Source: an uncultured Candidatus Saccharibacteria bacterium (GTDB lineage Bacteria; Patescibacteriota; Dojkabacteria; J137). Taken from it: 64,000 bases of DNA. The position numbers and the translations under genes were made by a program. Where the stretch lies: positions 75,915-139,914 of the forward strand of contig CAYMSO010000002.1 of assembly GCA_964393185.1 (NCBI GenBank), written 5' to 3'. The notes beneath the pieces were generated by a model. That model saw only the letters and a program-made list of their open reading frames with translations. It made no database searches and had not been told where the DNA came from. Below are positions 19,293 to 28,693 of the stretch, piece after piece; the stretch's first letter is position 1; the number at the start of each line of letters is the position of its first letter.

Positions 19293-20156
19293 TTAGCTTT
19301 CGTTTTGTTTATAGAAAATAGATGCTAACAACTCCAGCATATTTGCTGCAGAGTCAAAATGAATATCTGCTAAAAATAACATTTGTAGTGCGTTGATCAC
19401 TTCCTCATTTTTAATCCTAGTTTTTATTTCGTCTATATCTAATTGTTCCGAATGAAGAGCGATCATGGGTCCTAAAATCTTCTTTCCGCACATAATCTCA
19501 CAAAATATTAATCCTAATGCTTTTATATCACGCTGGTACCAGAAATCTATATCTGGATTATCATTATCGAATGAGCCTGGATAATAGCCATAACTGGGAA
19601 TATAATTGACTAAACCTGTAATTTCTCCATTTGCAAATATTAATGAAGTTCCATAGTCTATTAGCTCAGTTTTATAATCAGTATTAGAAACAATTATATT
19701 GTTTGGCTTAATATCTCTATGAACTACTCCATTGTACTTAGCATGGTCCATTCTATTAGCCGCTCCAACCAATAAATTTTTTACTAAATTTGGATCAACC
19801 TGATTTTTAGTAAATAATTTTTCTCGAGTAATACCTTTAGGATCAACAAAATTACATAACGTCACTCCTTCTATAAATGGCATTTGTAAAACCGATATTT
19901 CTATGCAACTACATTTTAGAAGCCTAGAATGTTCCAAGGCCGCTTGTAGAATAGAGTACTTTGGACTGCAGGGATCTATATAACTAGTTGGTATACCCGC
20001 TAAAGTTGTAGCTTCGGCTTCGAGTATAGCTCCAGAAAGATTATCAGGTATCAGCTTTAATGCAATAGCCGTGCCATTTTCGCCAACTTTCACAACTACT
20101 CCATAGCTACCTTGACCGACAAGCTCATAAGTTTTTCCTTCAATAGTATTATCCAT
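19293..20156 (-). CDS. Hanks-type Ser/Thr protein kinase (catalytic domain only)
   Basis: Gly loop GQGSYGVV, AIALK lysine, catalytic HRDIKPNNIIV, DYG. Confidence 0.8.
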   Translation of the reverse strand: MDNTIEGKTYELVGQGSYGVVVKVGENGTAIALKLIPDNLSGAILEAEATTLAGIPTSYIDPCSPKYSILQAALEHSRLLKCSCIEISVLQMPFIEGVTLCNFVDPKGITREKLFTKNQVDPNLVKNLLVGAANRMDHAKYNGVVHRDIKPNNIIVSNTDYKTELIDYGTSLIFANGEITGLVNYIPSYGYYPGSFDNDNPDIDFWYQRDIKALGLIFCEIMCGKKILGPMIALHSEQLDIDEIKTRIKNEEVINALQMLFLADIHFDSAANMLELLASIFYKQNES

Positions 20157-20259
20157 ACATTATTTTATCATACTTATCGAATTTTGTCACCTTGGAGTGG
20201 CGACATATTGTAGAGGTCCTTAGATTATAATATACTTAAGTAATTATTATTAAATCTAT

Positions 20260-20523
20260 ATGGCTACTTTAGAGCAGTTAGCACAAGAACTTGAATTAAT
20301 TAAACTTAGAAATAAAAAAGTAGAAAAAGATAAGGAATGGGAAGTAAGTTGGACAAGAAGAATATCTATTGCAGTCTTAACTTATTTTACAATTTTATTG
20401 TTCTTCCTAGCCGGAGAATTTGATAGACCATTTGTAAGCGCATTAGTGCCAACTTTAGGTTTTCTATTATCTACATTATCTTTGGGTATATTAAAAAAAA
20501 TTTACTTTAATAGAAATAAATGA
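20260..20523 (+). CDS. Small two-TM membrane protein
   Basis: 87-aa ORF. Its TGA stop overlaps the ung ATG (ATGA), suggesting translational coupling. Confidence 0.4.
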   Translation: MATLEQLAQELELIKLRNKKVEKDKEWEVSWTRRISIAVLTYFTILLFFLAGEFDRPFVSALVPTLGFLLSTLSLGILKKIYFNRNK

Positions 20524-21182
20524 ATATTAAACTGGATGATTCCTGGAAACAGCTTCTGAAAGATGAGTTTGAAAAAGACTATTTTAAGAATTTAGTCAAT
20601 TTTATTAAAGATGAATATACCAATAATGTAATTTATCCTCCTGGTCCATTAATATTTAGAGCACTGAACGAGTGTAAGTTTGAAGATGTTAAGGTAGTAA
20701 TTTTGGGACAGGATCCATACCATACTCCTGGTGTGGCAAATGGGCTAGCATTTTCGGCTAATCATGGTCAAAAAATTCCTCCATCATTACTAAATATATA
20801 CAAAGAACTACAGAATGATTTAGGAAAGAATATTCCTGATTCTCCTGATTTAAGTAGATGGGCCAGACAAGGGGTTTTATTGTTGAATGCTACGCTTACA
20901 GTCAGAAAGGGACAAGCAGCTTCCCATCAAAATAAAGGCTGGGAAATTTTTACCGATGCAATCATAAAAATAATTTCGGAACAAAAAGATCATGTTGTGT
21001 TTTTTCTTTGGGGAGCATATGCACAAAAGAAAGGTGAAATTATAGACGAAGAAAAGCACTTAGTTATTAAATCAGCACATCCTTCTCCCTTTTCTGCAGA
21101 TAAAGGCTTTTTTGGTAGTAGACCATTCTCTCAAGCTAATGAATTTTTAAGAACAGTAGGAAAAACACAAATCAACTGGTAA
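20520..21182 (+). CDS. ung: Uracil-DNA glycosylase (family 1)
   Basis: GQDPYH, LLLNATLTV and HPSPFSA motifs. Confidence 0.9.
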   Translation: MNIKLDDSWKQLLKDEFEKDYFKNLVNFIKDEYTNNVIYPPGPLIFRALNECKFEDVKVVILGQDPYHTPGVANGLAFSANHGQKIPPSLLNIYKELQNDLGKNIPDSPDLSRWARQGVLLLNATLTVRKGQAASHQNKGWEIFTDAIIKIISEQKDHVVFFLWGAYAQKKGEIIDEEKHLVIKSAHPSPFSADKGFFGSRPFSQANEFLRTVGKTQINW

Positions 21183-21269
21183 CCCATAACCACTCCCCAT
21201 AACTCATAACTCGTAACTCACAACCCATAACCCGTAACTCAAAACTCAAAACCCATAACCCACAACTCC
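21181..21269 (+). repeat. Degenerate tandem heptamer array (about 12 units, AACYCAT/AACTCAA type) starting inside the ung stop codon
   Basis: AACCCAT AACCACT CCCCATA ACTCATA ACTCGTA ACTCACA ACCCATA ACCCGTA ACTCAAA ACTCAAA ACCCATA ACCCACA. Confidence 0.85.
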
Positions 21270-21325
21270 ATATTTACATCTGTTCTTTTTCTTTCTATAC
21301 TTCTAATATTAGTTATTTTTTAAAT

Positions 21326-22183
21326 ATGCAAAAAATCAAAAACAGCTGGCGTATCAGTAAGAGAAGTTTTAGTATACTAATGAATGATTCGAGGTTAATA
21401 ACGTTGCAAATCGTTTCTATTATTTTAGCCACCATAGCAGCCGCTGCAATTATTATACTGACTTCATTAATATTTGATTTTGACGAGGCTAGTACAAGCG
21501 AAAGCGGAGGAGAGGTTCTAGGTCTTCTGATTTTATTTATTCTTTACTTTGTTGTGTCTACAGTTGTTGTTTACATCAATTACATGATTACATTCATTGT
21601 GCTAAAAAAAATTGAGAATATTAATGTCAGTCTTTCGGAAGCAATGGGCTCTGCCAATTCAAAACTAGGTACAATTATGGGATATGCTCTAATAGCTGCA
21701 ACAGTAGGAGTTATTTTAAATATACTACAAAACGCAAGCAGAAACAGCGATAAACCAGCTGCACGAATTGCCGGTAGTATTGCAAATGCATTAGGTGGAG
21801 CAGCATGGAGTATCGCAACATTTTTAGTTATACCTGTTTTGGTAATGAATAATGTAGGCCCAATAGATGCAATCAAACAAAGCCTAGCACTATTCAAAAA
21901 AACCTGGGGAGAACAAATTATAGGAGGGTTTGCTTATGGATTAATCATATTCATCGTTGCTTTGCCGGCATTTATAATTTCTTTTTTGATAATTATTTCG
22001 GGAGTAAGTGCAGAATCTTCGGGCACAACAGGTTTAGGCATATTCTTGCTAACTATTACTATTATAATAGCTGCACTTGTAAGTAGCGCAATAAGCACAA
22101 TTTACAAATCAATTCTGTTTAAATTTGCAACGGAAGGAAAAATTGCCGAAGGTTTTGACGAATCGATGATAAAAAATCTGTAA
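21326..22183 (+). CDS. Polytopic membrane protein (DUF6159-like), function unknown
   Basis: 285 aa, about 6 TM helices with Gly/Ala-rich loops. Confidence 0.45.
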   Translation: MQKIKNSWRISKRSFSILMNDSRLITLQIVSIILATIAAAAIIILTSLIFDFDEASTSESGGEVLGLLILFILYFVVSTVVVYINYMITFIVLKKIENINVSLSEAMGSANSKLGTIMGYALIAATVGVILNILQNASRNSDKPAARIAGSIANALGGAAWSIATFLVIPVLVMNNVGPIDAIKQSLALFKKTWGEQIIGGFAYGLIIFIVALPAFIISFLIIISGVSAESSGTTGLGIFLLTITIIIAALVSSAISTIYKSILFKFATEGKIAEGFDESMIKNL

Positions 22184-22338
22184 AGAAAACAAAGTGATGA
22201 ACGAAACAATCATCATCTTATGCACCAGGTTATAAAAGCAATATGACTTGACTCTGTAGTAGAAATTAGTAAGAAAAGATCTACGTGACTCCAAAAATAC
22301 TGGGAATGTATGTTCAGTTTGAAAAATGTTCCTACTAT

Positions 22339-23280
22339 TTACTGTCGAATCAAAGTAATGTACGAGTACGATGATGAATCAAATTCAGATTCTAATTTAA
22401 ACCTAAAGCCTTCGAGCTTTTGCAACAATTCATCTTTATTATTTTTCTTTTCAAAATACATTTGTTCCTTGCCATTTTGCATAAAGCAAATCCATGATTG
22501 ACTAGATTTTTCTGCAGTTTTAAATTCTAGAATTAATCTAGAATCCGGCTTTAGTATTTTAAAAAAAGCATCCAAATAGTTTGCCTCTTTCTCGAGCGGA
22601 ATTAATGGCCAGTACTTATTGACCAACATAAGATTGAAGTGGACTGGTTTGAATGTGTTTAAAAGAAAATCTTTTGTAGTAAAAGATGCAAGCTTATTAC
22701 ACTTAACTTTGCTTAGTTGGTTTAATTTATTTGCATAATCTATAATAGTAACTTTATACTTCTTACTTGCGAGAACCATTGGCAAAATTGAGCACCCGCT
22801 ACCAAGTATTAGTGCTCTAGCATTTGTAGTTTGAACTGACATCAGTCCAGCTAATTGCAACAAGTGATTACTCTGAATATCGTCATTTTTCTTTAGTAGT
22901 TGTTCTGCATTTGCATTTCTAAGTCTTCTCATTTTAGTCAAAACATTTTTATAATCGAAATTAATCATCGTCTTTTTTCTATCTAATTCTTGTCTGACTT
23001 GCTTTAGCTTCCACAAGTATAGTGGTCCTTTGTTTTCTTCTGTAATATCTGCAACAAAAGAATACACTCTTTCGAGTATTACTCTATCAATACTTCTTGC
23101 CAGTCTAAGATATATCTTTAAGTTAGCTAAGTCATTTAAATCTGAAGCAAGTTTGTACGCGTAAGCTTGAAATTCGTGGGCAGCCCTTCGCTTTGATAAT
23201 TTAGAGTCGCGATTATTATCTGGATTAGAAAAATCGTAGTTTATTAAAATATCTTTGGCTGTTACAAAAGCTGAATTCAT
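22339..23280 (-). CDS. Two-domain protein: unknown helical N-domain plus class I SAM-methyltransferase-like C-domain
   Basis: ALILGSGCSILPMVLA...KVTIIDYA resembles SAM motif I plus the acidic post-I residue. Confidence 0.4.
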   Translation of the reverse strand: MNSAFVTAKDILINYDFSNPDNNRDSKLSKRRAAHEFQAYAYKLASDLNDLANLKIYLRLARSIDRVILERVYSFVADITEENKGPLYLWKLKQVRQELDRKKTMINFDYKNVLTKMRRLRNANAEQLLKKNDDIQSNHLLQLAGLMSVQTTNARALILGSGCSILPMVLASKKYKVTIIDYANKLNQLSKVKCNKLASFTTKDFLLNTFKPVHFNLMLVNKYWPLIPLEKEANYLDAFFKILKPDSRLILEFKTAEKSSQSWICFMQNGKEQMYFEKKNNKDELLQKLEGFRFKLESEFDSSSYSYITLIRQ

Positions 23281-23497
23281 CTAATAAAAACTAAGTTATA
23301 TATCTTAGATATATCGTCAACAAGTGTTAGTTGTTAACTTATTCTAAAACATAACTATAATTGGATCAAATAATTACTTCGAAACTATAGTTCCACAATA
23401 TATTTGTTTTGCAATTACTTATTACAACGAGAATAATTCGTGAAACCAGGAAATATAGAAAACTTTGCGGAATATGCTATATCAATTTAGATTAAAA

Positions 23498-23869
23498 TTA
23501 ATTTTCTGTAAAGAGAGAATCATCTGTAAGAAGAGAAATATCTGTCAGCAAAAGTCTGTCCAGATTTTGTAGTTCTCGAGATTGCTCAACATTATTGTTA
23601 CTAATAAATTCTGTATACCAATATAATAAATTTTTTAGCGCTTGTTGAGAAGCTTTATCGGGGCGAGTATGTAGATCAAGCTTTTTTCGATCAAATAAAT
23701 GATTTATCAGTTTCTTCGCCTTAAGATAAGAAGTATCGGGATCTTTGTCTACCGTTTTTTTAAGTTTATAAATCAACATATTAAGCATAATCCGCTCTTT
23801 CAAACCGAGCTTGGATTTTCCTTTTTCTAATACGTATATTTCGTAATCTAGTTTATCCAAAAAAGCCAT
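23498..23869 (-). CDS. Hypothetical protein
   Basis: 123-aa ORF, no motif. Confidence 0.3.
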   Translation of the reverse strand: MAFLDKLDYEIYVLEKGKSKLGLKERIMLNMLIYKLKKTVDKDPDTSYLKAKKLINHLFDRKKLDLHTRPDKASQQALKNLLYWYTEFISNNNVEQSRELQNLDRLLLTDISLLTDDSLFTEN

Positions 23870-23972
23870 AGCATTATTATACTATTCATTTTTCATATTA
23901 AAAAATTGAAGATCCAAGACCTGGACATTATTATTTACTTAAATGTAAAATCAGTATAGAAAAGAATCTAAT

Positions 23973-24701
23973 ATGGATATACCAATTGTATGGCAAAACC
24001 CTAATGAAACGTGCGATTTTACTGGTAGTTGGGTATTAAGTGCTCTACCAAGTCAAGTTATTGATGTAGACTGGGAAGAATATGATTCAAAAGTTAAAGA
24101 TATAGTTAGAGCATTTGGACTTAACTGCCCGGATAATGGCTTCACTACTAGATCAACTATTGTCCCATTATACAATCCCAGTGTACAGCCAAGTCCTGAG
24201 TTCAAACACGAACAACCATCTACAGTCATAGAATTGTCAAACGATGCCACTCTTGTGGTTCCATTACCATTCGACAGCAATCAAACGCCAACAGTACGCA
24301 ATTTTATGGGTGGAACCCACGAAAGGATCACATTCGAGGTACGATTTCTACCAGAACCTGTTATTAATGCACAGGGTACTCCAGTTGCGCCAGAGAATAC
24401 ATTTCAAACCTCAGTATTAGTTACAATAAATGGAGATAGAACCTATACAATGGAGGGCAAGGATTATAATCAAGTTAACGCACAATTTTATACACTGGAA
24501 GTGAATGGGCAGGATAAATTAATTTTCGTTATGGATAAAAAGGGTGGTATTAAAGCGGAAGACAACATAGAAATATTTATCGTTGATGACGTACCTATAA
24601 TTCTTCCTAAATTAAACATTAGTGGCGATGTTGTTATTGGTGTTTTTACCAACACAAATACTGTTGAAGAAGGTATTAGACAGGCTCAAGAGGAACAATA
24701 A
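23973..24701 (+). CDS. Hypothetical protein
   Basis: 242-aa ORF, beta-rich composition, no signal peptide or motif recognised. Confidence 0.35.
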   Translation: MDIPIVWQNPNETCDFTGSWVLSALPSQVIDVDWEEYDSKVKDIVRAFGLNCPDNGFTTRSTIVPLYNPSVQPSPEFKHEQPSTVIELSNDATLVVPLPFDSNQTPTVRNFMGGTHERITFEVRFLPEPVINAQGTPVAPENTFQTSVLVTINGDRTYTMEGKDYNQVNAQFYTLEVNGQDKLIFVMDKKGGIKAEDNIEIFIVDDVPIILPKLNISGDVVIGVFTNTNTVEEGIRQAQEEQ

Positions 24702-24724
24702 ATATTAAGCAGCAAAGATCCTAT

Positions 24725-25027
24725 TCACTGCAGCTCTAAATAATTGCCTAAATTTGCGCTTAACCTAAATGCCACTTCGATATCAACTTTAGATATAGCT
24801 GATATATAATAAGTCGCTAGTAAACATAACTGTTGTCTATACTGAGTACCTAAAAAATCACCTTGATTTGATAAGTAAAAAATCAATTCATTCGTACGTG
24901 TTATAGCGTCAACTACATTTGCTTCAACTAAATATTGTAACTCATTATATTGCAAAACGGATTCTATATCTGCTCCTGGTGCCTGAAAGGAGAGTATAGT
25001 AGTCGTTTCTTGGGGGGTTAAGTTCAT
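24725..25027 (-). CDS. Hypothetical protein
   Basis: 100-aa ORF, no motif. Confidence 0.3.
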   Translation of the reverse strand: MNLTPQETTTILSFQAPGADIESVLQYNELQYLVEANVVDAITRTNELIFYLSNQGDFLGTQYRQQLCLLATYYISAISKVDIEVAFRLSANLGNYLELQ

Positions 25028-25085
25028 ATGCTCAATAAAACTTCAGGGATTGTAGCAGAGAATATTTAGAATTGTAAGCAGAAAT

Positions 25086-26591
25086 TTATACAATGCTCTC
25101 AACTAGCTTATTTGCTATTTCTGTCAATCTATAAGAACTAAAGAAAACTATAAGCGTTTTTGCGCGGTGATTAGCTACGGCATTGCTAAGTTCAGCAATA
25201 ATACTACTATTGGGAACATGCTTTGCATTTACACCCAAGTCATTGAGCCACTTAACTATTTCTTCCGATGTTGCTAATTCATTCTTGTAATCCGATAAAT
25301 CTGGAATGATTATTTGATCGGCGTTATCGAATGTGCCAGAATAGTTCTTTTTGAATTCAGTTTCGGACTTAAATCTACTTCCACTGTTTGGTTCAAAAAT
25401 AGCAACTATTTTGTGATCGGGATAATATTGTTTCAATGTGTTTAAAGAATTTAGCGTTCTATTTGGCGCTACGCCAAAGTCATCAACAACTACCAAATCA
25501 TCAGATGAATGAAGTATTTCAAGCCGCTTCTTAGGACCCAAAAAATCCCTAAATACCTTAGAAATTATATTGAGATTACCTGTGCCTTGCAACAGAACTT
25601 GTGCGGGCATAACTTTTGAAGGCAAATTGCAGATTAAAGTTGTAGTGGCAAGAATATTTTCTAAATTATATTCTCCTAAAAGTTTAGTTTCCGATCTAAG
25701 AATAACTTCTCCTTTATGATTTAGAATTTTAAACTTTTTAGGTTCTGCTGCGTCTTTCTCGATAGTCCACAAAAGATTACTATCTTTTTGTAACTTGGAA
25801 TTTCGAATTTGAGAATTATAGAAGTACCTAACCACTTTACATTTGGCGTGCTCAATTATTTTGTCAATATTCTCATCTCCCCATTTAGCAATAATTAAGC
25901 CATCTTCGGGTACTAATTCTACACATTTTTTGAACTCATCAATGTAATCCTTTTGAGTAGGAAAAACATCCTGATGCTCATAGCCTATATTTGTAATTAT
26001 CAAGTACTTAGGTTTGTACTCTAAGAATTTAGCTCCTCTAGAAAATTCTTTGCTATGATATTCATCTCCTTCTAAAACTGACCAGTCAGATTCTGTGTTT
26101 ACTAGTGAGCTAGGAAGGTCCTTAACCTCAGCTCCAATCATGTAACTAGGGTCGAGATTCAATTCTTGCAAGACTCTTACTACTAAAGATGTTGTAGTTG
26201 TTTTACCTGCTGTTCCAATCACAACTACAGAATTTTGTTTGACTAAATATTCGCCTAATATTTGCGAAAATGGTCTAAAGTCAAGTTTGTGTACTTTTGC
26301 AAAAAGTAATTCTTTGTTTTTTGCAGTTGTAGACTCAACTATTAATCCTAGATCGGGTTTATCCGAAATAGATAACTTTGTTTCTAATTTTCTTTCCCAA
26401 TATTCCCGAGTTAGGTGCTTAAAGTTGTATCCTTCGGCTGTGTTTATTTTTTCGCGTATAAGAAACTCGCTAACTGGCGGGAAATATTGAAAATCAGAGC
26501 CTGTTACAAACCAGCCCATATCCTTAAACATTTTTGCCACATTCGAAGTTGCTTTTCCACAAATACCAATAGCGTGAAACCATTTTTTCAT
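25086..26591 (-). CDS. Mur ligase family protein (Mpl/MurC-like)
   Basis: N-terminal HAIGICGKATSNVAKMFKDMGWFVTGSD...FPPVS (Mpl-like) and P-loop VIGTAGKTTTTS. Confidence 0.8.
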   Translation of the reverse strand: MKKWFHAIGICGKATSNVAKMFKDMGWFVTGSDFQYFPPVSEFLIREKINTAEGYNFKHLTREYWERKLETKLSISDKPDLGLIVESTTAKNKELLFAKVHKLDFRPFSQILGEYLVKQNSVVVIGTAGKTTTTSLVVRVLQELNLDPSYMIGAEVKDLPSSLVNTESDWSVLEGDEYHSKEFSRGAKFLEYKPKYLIITNIGYEHQDVFPTQKDYIDEFKKCVELVPEDGLIIAKWGDENIDKIIEHAKCKVVRYFYNSQIRNSKLQKDSNLLWTIEKDAAEPKKFKILNHKGEVILRSETKLLGEYNLENILATTTLICNLPSKVMPAQVLLQGTGNLNIISKVFRDFLGPKKRLEILHSSDDLVVVDDFGVAPNRTLNSLNTLKQYYPDHKIVAIFEPNSGSRFKSETEFKKNYSGTFDNADQIIIPDLSDYKNELATSEEIVKWLNDLGVNAKHVPNSSIIAELSNAVANHRAKTLIVFFSSYRLTEIANKLVESIV

Positions 26592-26629
26592 AATAGGTAT
26601 TATATCACTATTTTATTGCTATAATTCCA

Positions 26630-26767
26630 TCATGGAATTTCCCAGTAGTCAGCCACAAAGTCAATAAGAGATTCTTTGTAAACTGCCGAATTTCTTTTTA
26701 AATGAAGAAATTTATTTTCTTTAACAATAATAGCCTTAGCTCCGATTTGCTGTATTCCTGATTGCAT
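26630..26767 (-). pseudogene. Possible remnant of a Nudix hydrolase N-terminus
   Basis: 45-codon ORF MQSGIQQIGAKAIIVKENKFLHLKRNS...ADYWEIP, then TGA just where a Nudix box (PGG...) would begin. Not in the ORF track (too short). Confidence 0.25.
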
Positions 26768-26886
26768 AGAGTTTCTTGATTTCTATCTCTAACTTAGTCT
26801 AAATAGTAATACCAAAAATAAGCAGAATTTGTATTATTCACAGCTTTCATAATATAATAACTCTATAAGCGATTAAAAACTCCATT

Positions 26887-27339
26887 ATGCATTGCCCATA
26901 TTGCAAAAATAGAAACACAAAAGTGGTAGATAAAAGAGATAATGAAGAAACAAATTCTACAAGAAGAAGAAGGGAATGCGAGAATTGTGAAAAAAGATTT
27001 ACTACCTATGAACGCGTAGAAAAAGTCTTATTAAATGTATTGAAGCGTGACGGCAGAGTTGAAGAATTTAACAGAGAAAAATTGAAGTTAGGAATAATGA
27101 AAGCTGTTAAAAAAAGGCCTATCCCACCCGAAAAAATAGATGAACTGATTGAAGATATTGAACAAAAATTAATGGCCCGTGATGAGCAATATATCAAGTC
27201 AACCGAGATTGGTGAACTAGTGCTAAAAGGACTCAGCAAAATTGATAAGCTAGGAGCTTTATTGTTTGCTGCTGTGTACAAAGAATTTGAAGATTTAGAG
27301 GATGTAGAAAAGGAATTAAAGAGACTTACAAAGAATTAA
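26887..27339 (+). CDS. nrdR: Transcriptional repressor NrdR
   Basis: Zn ribbon MHCPYC...C.NC followed by an ATP-cone. Confidence 0.9.
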   Translation: MHCPYCKNRNTKVVDKRDNEETNSTRRRRECENCEKRFTTYERVEKVLLNVLKRDGRVEEFNREKLKLGIMKAVKKRPIPPEKIDELIEDIEQKLMARDEQYIKSTEIGELVLKGLSKIDKLGALLFAAVYKEFEDLEDVEKELKRLTKN

Positions 27340-27343
27340 CAAC

Positions 27344-28483
27344 CTATCTTTGTACAAAATAAATCCATAGTCCAATAATAGAACAAACAAGACCAAAAAG
27401 CGCCAACCTCATTACAACTTTTTCCTCGGACCAATTGTTTTTGATTTGTAGGTGATAATGAAGCGGAGCCAGCCTAAAAATTCTTCTACCCAAAACTCTT
27501 CTACCAAAACCTTGTATAACTACCGAAAGCAAAGTAATGGCAAAAGGAGCAGATATTAAAAGTAACATTAAGGGTTCATCTACCAAAAATGCTAATCCTG
27601 CCAGCAGACTGCCAAGAGCCAAGGCTCCTACGTCTCCCATCTGAAATCTTGCTGGTGGTACATTAAAGTATAAATAGCTAATTAAAGACCCGATAACAGT
27701 AGAAATTATAAATACAGATCTTATATCATTCTTATATAGTGCAATAATAAGAAAACCAATAAATGATGACATAAGTAAACTTGACGAAAGTCCATCCATT
27801 CCATCAGATATGTTTACAGCATTAGTCATTAACAGTACAGTTAGCCAAGCAAACGGGATAATCAGAAAACCTATGTTTAGGTTAAAATCTAGCACCGGAA
27901 CCCATAAATCACCTGGATTCATTCGTGAGGCGTAAAAGAAGAGACCAATGCCTAAAGATAGGCCAGCAACTGACTGAACCAGTATTTTTTCGTGGGATTG
28001 AATTCCTTTACCGGGATTAGATCCTAAAATAAAAAAAAGTCTTTTGTAAATTTCCCAAGGCAAGGTAACCAGTAAAAACAACCTTTTTGCTTTACTTTTA
28101 TGAACTTTAATCAATTTGAATGTTCTGCTTAACGCTCTTGGATTCTGTCTTTTGAAGCCATAAATATTAAGAACATCATCCATCCCACCTAGCAGAGCCG
28201 ATATAGTAAAAATAAACAACATCAAAACTGTACCTTCATTTTTAATTTCTGGATTGAATAGTAAATTGAGAATTATAACTGTTATAATCACTATTAAGCC
28301 TCCCATGATTGGCACACCTGCTTTAGCATCCCGCTTTTCTATTACTGTAGTAAAATCTTCAGCATCCATTCTGCGAGTTATATTAAATTTGTATAGCATA
28401 GAAATAATTGGAAATGCTATGGCGAAGCTAAATAACATCGAGGAGATAATTATTGTGAGTACATATTCAATTTCGATCGACAT
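27344..28483 (-). CDS. mraY: Phospho-N-acetylmuramoyl-pentapeptide transferase
   Basis: 10-TM-type profile. NAVNISDGMDGL and MGDVGALALG motifs. Confidence 0.9.
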   Translation of the reverse strand: MSIEIEYVLTIIISSMLFSFAIAFPIISMLYKFNITRRMDAEDFTTVIEKRDAKAGVPIMGGLIVIITVIILNLLFNPEIKNEGTVLMLFIFTISALLGGMDDVLNIYGFKRQNPRALSRTFKLIKVHKSKAKRLFLLVTLPWEIYKRLFFILGSNPGKGIQSHEKILVQSVAGLSLGIGLFFYASRMNPGDLWVPVLDFNLNIGFLIIPFAWLTVLLMTNAVNISDGMDGLSSSLLMSSFIGFLIIALYKNDIRSVFIISTVIGSLISYLYFNVPPARFQMGDVGALALGSLLAGLAFLVDEPLMLLLISAPFAITLLSVVIQGFGRRVLGRRIFRLAPLHYHLQIKNNWSEEKVVMRLALFGLVCSIIGLWIYFVQR

Positions 28484-28693
28484 TCAATAGTATTTAATTG
28501 CTATGATAGTTAAAGTCAAAAATGCTTAACCAATTATAAAATAACAGATAGTGCTTATAGTGTAAACAGGTTACAGTTTTTGGCATTTGATTTTAGCCTG
28601 CTAGTAATCTTTTAGAGTTTACGACTGTTAATTGTTAAGCCTAGCTCTACCTACACAAAGACACAGAATTTGTCTTACTGTATAATTAAACAA

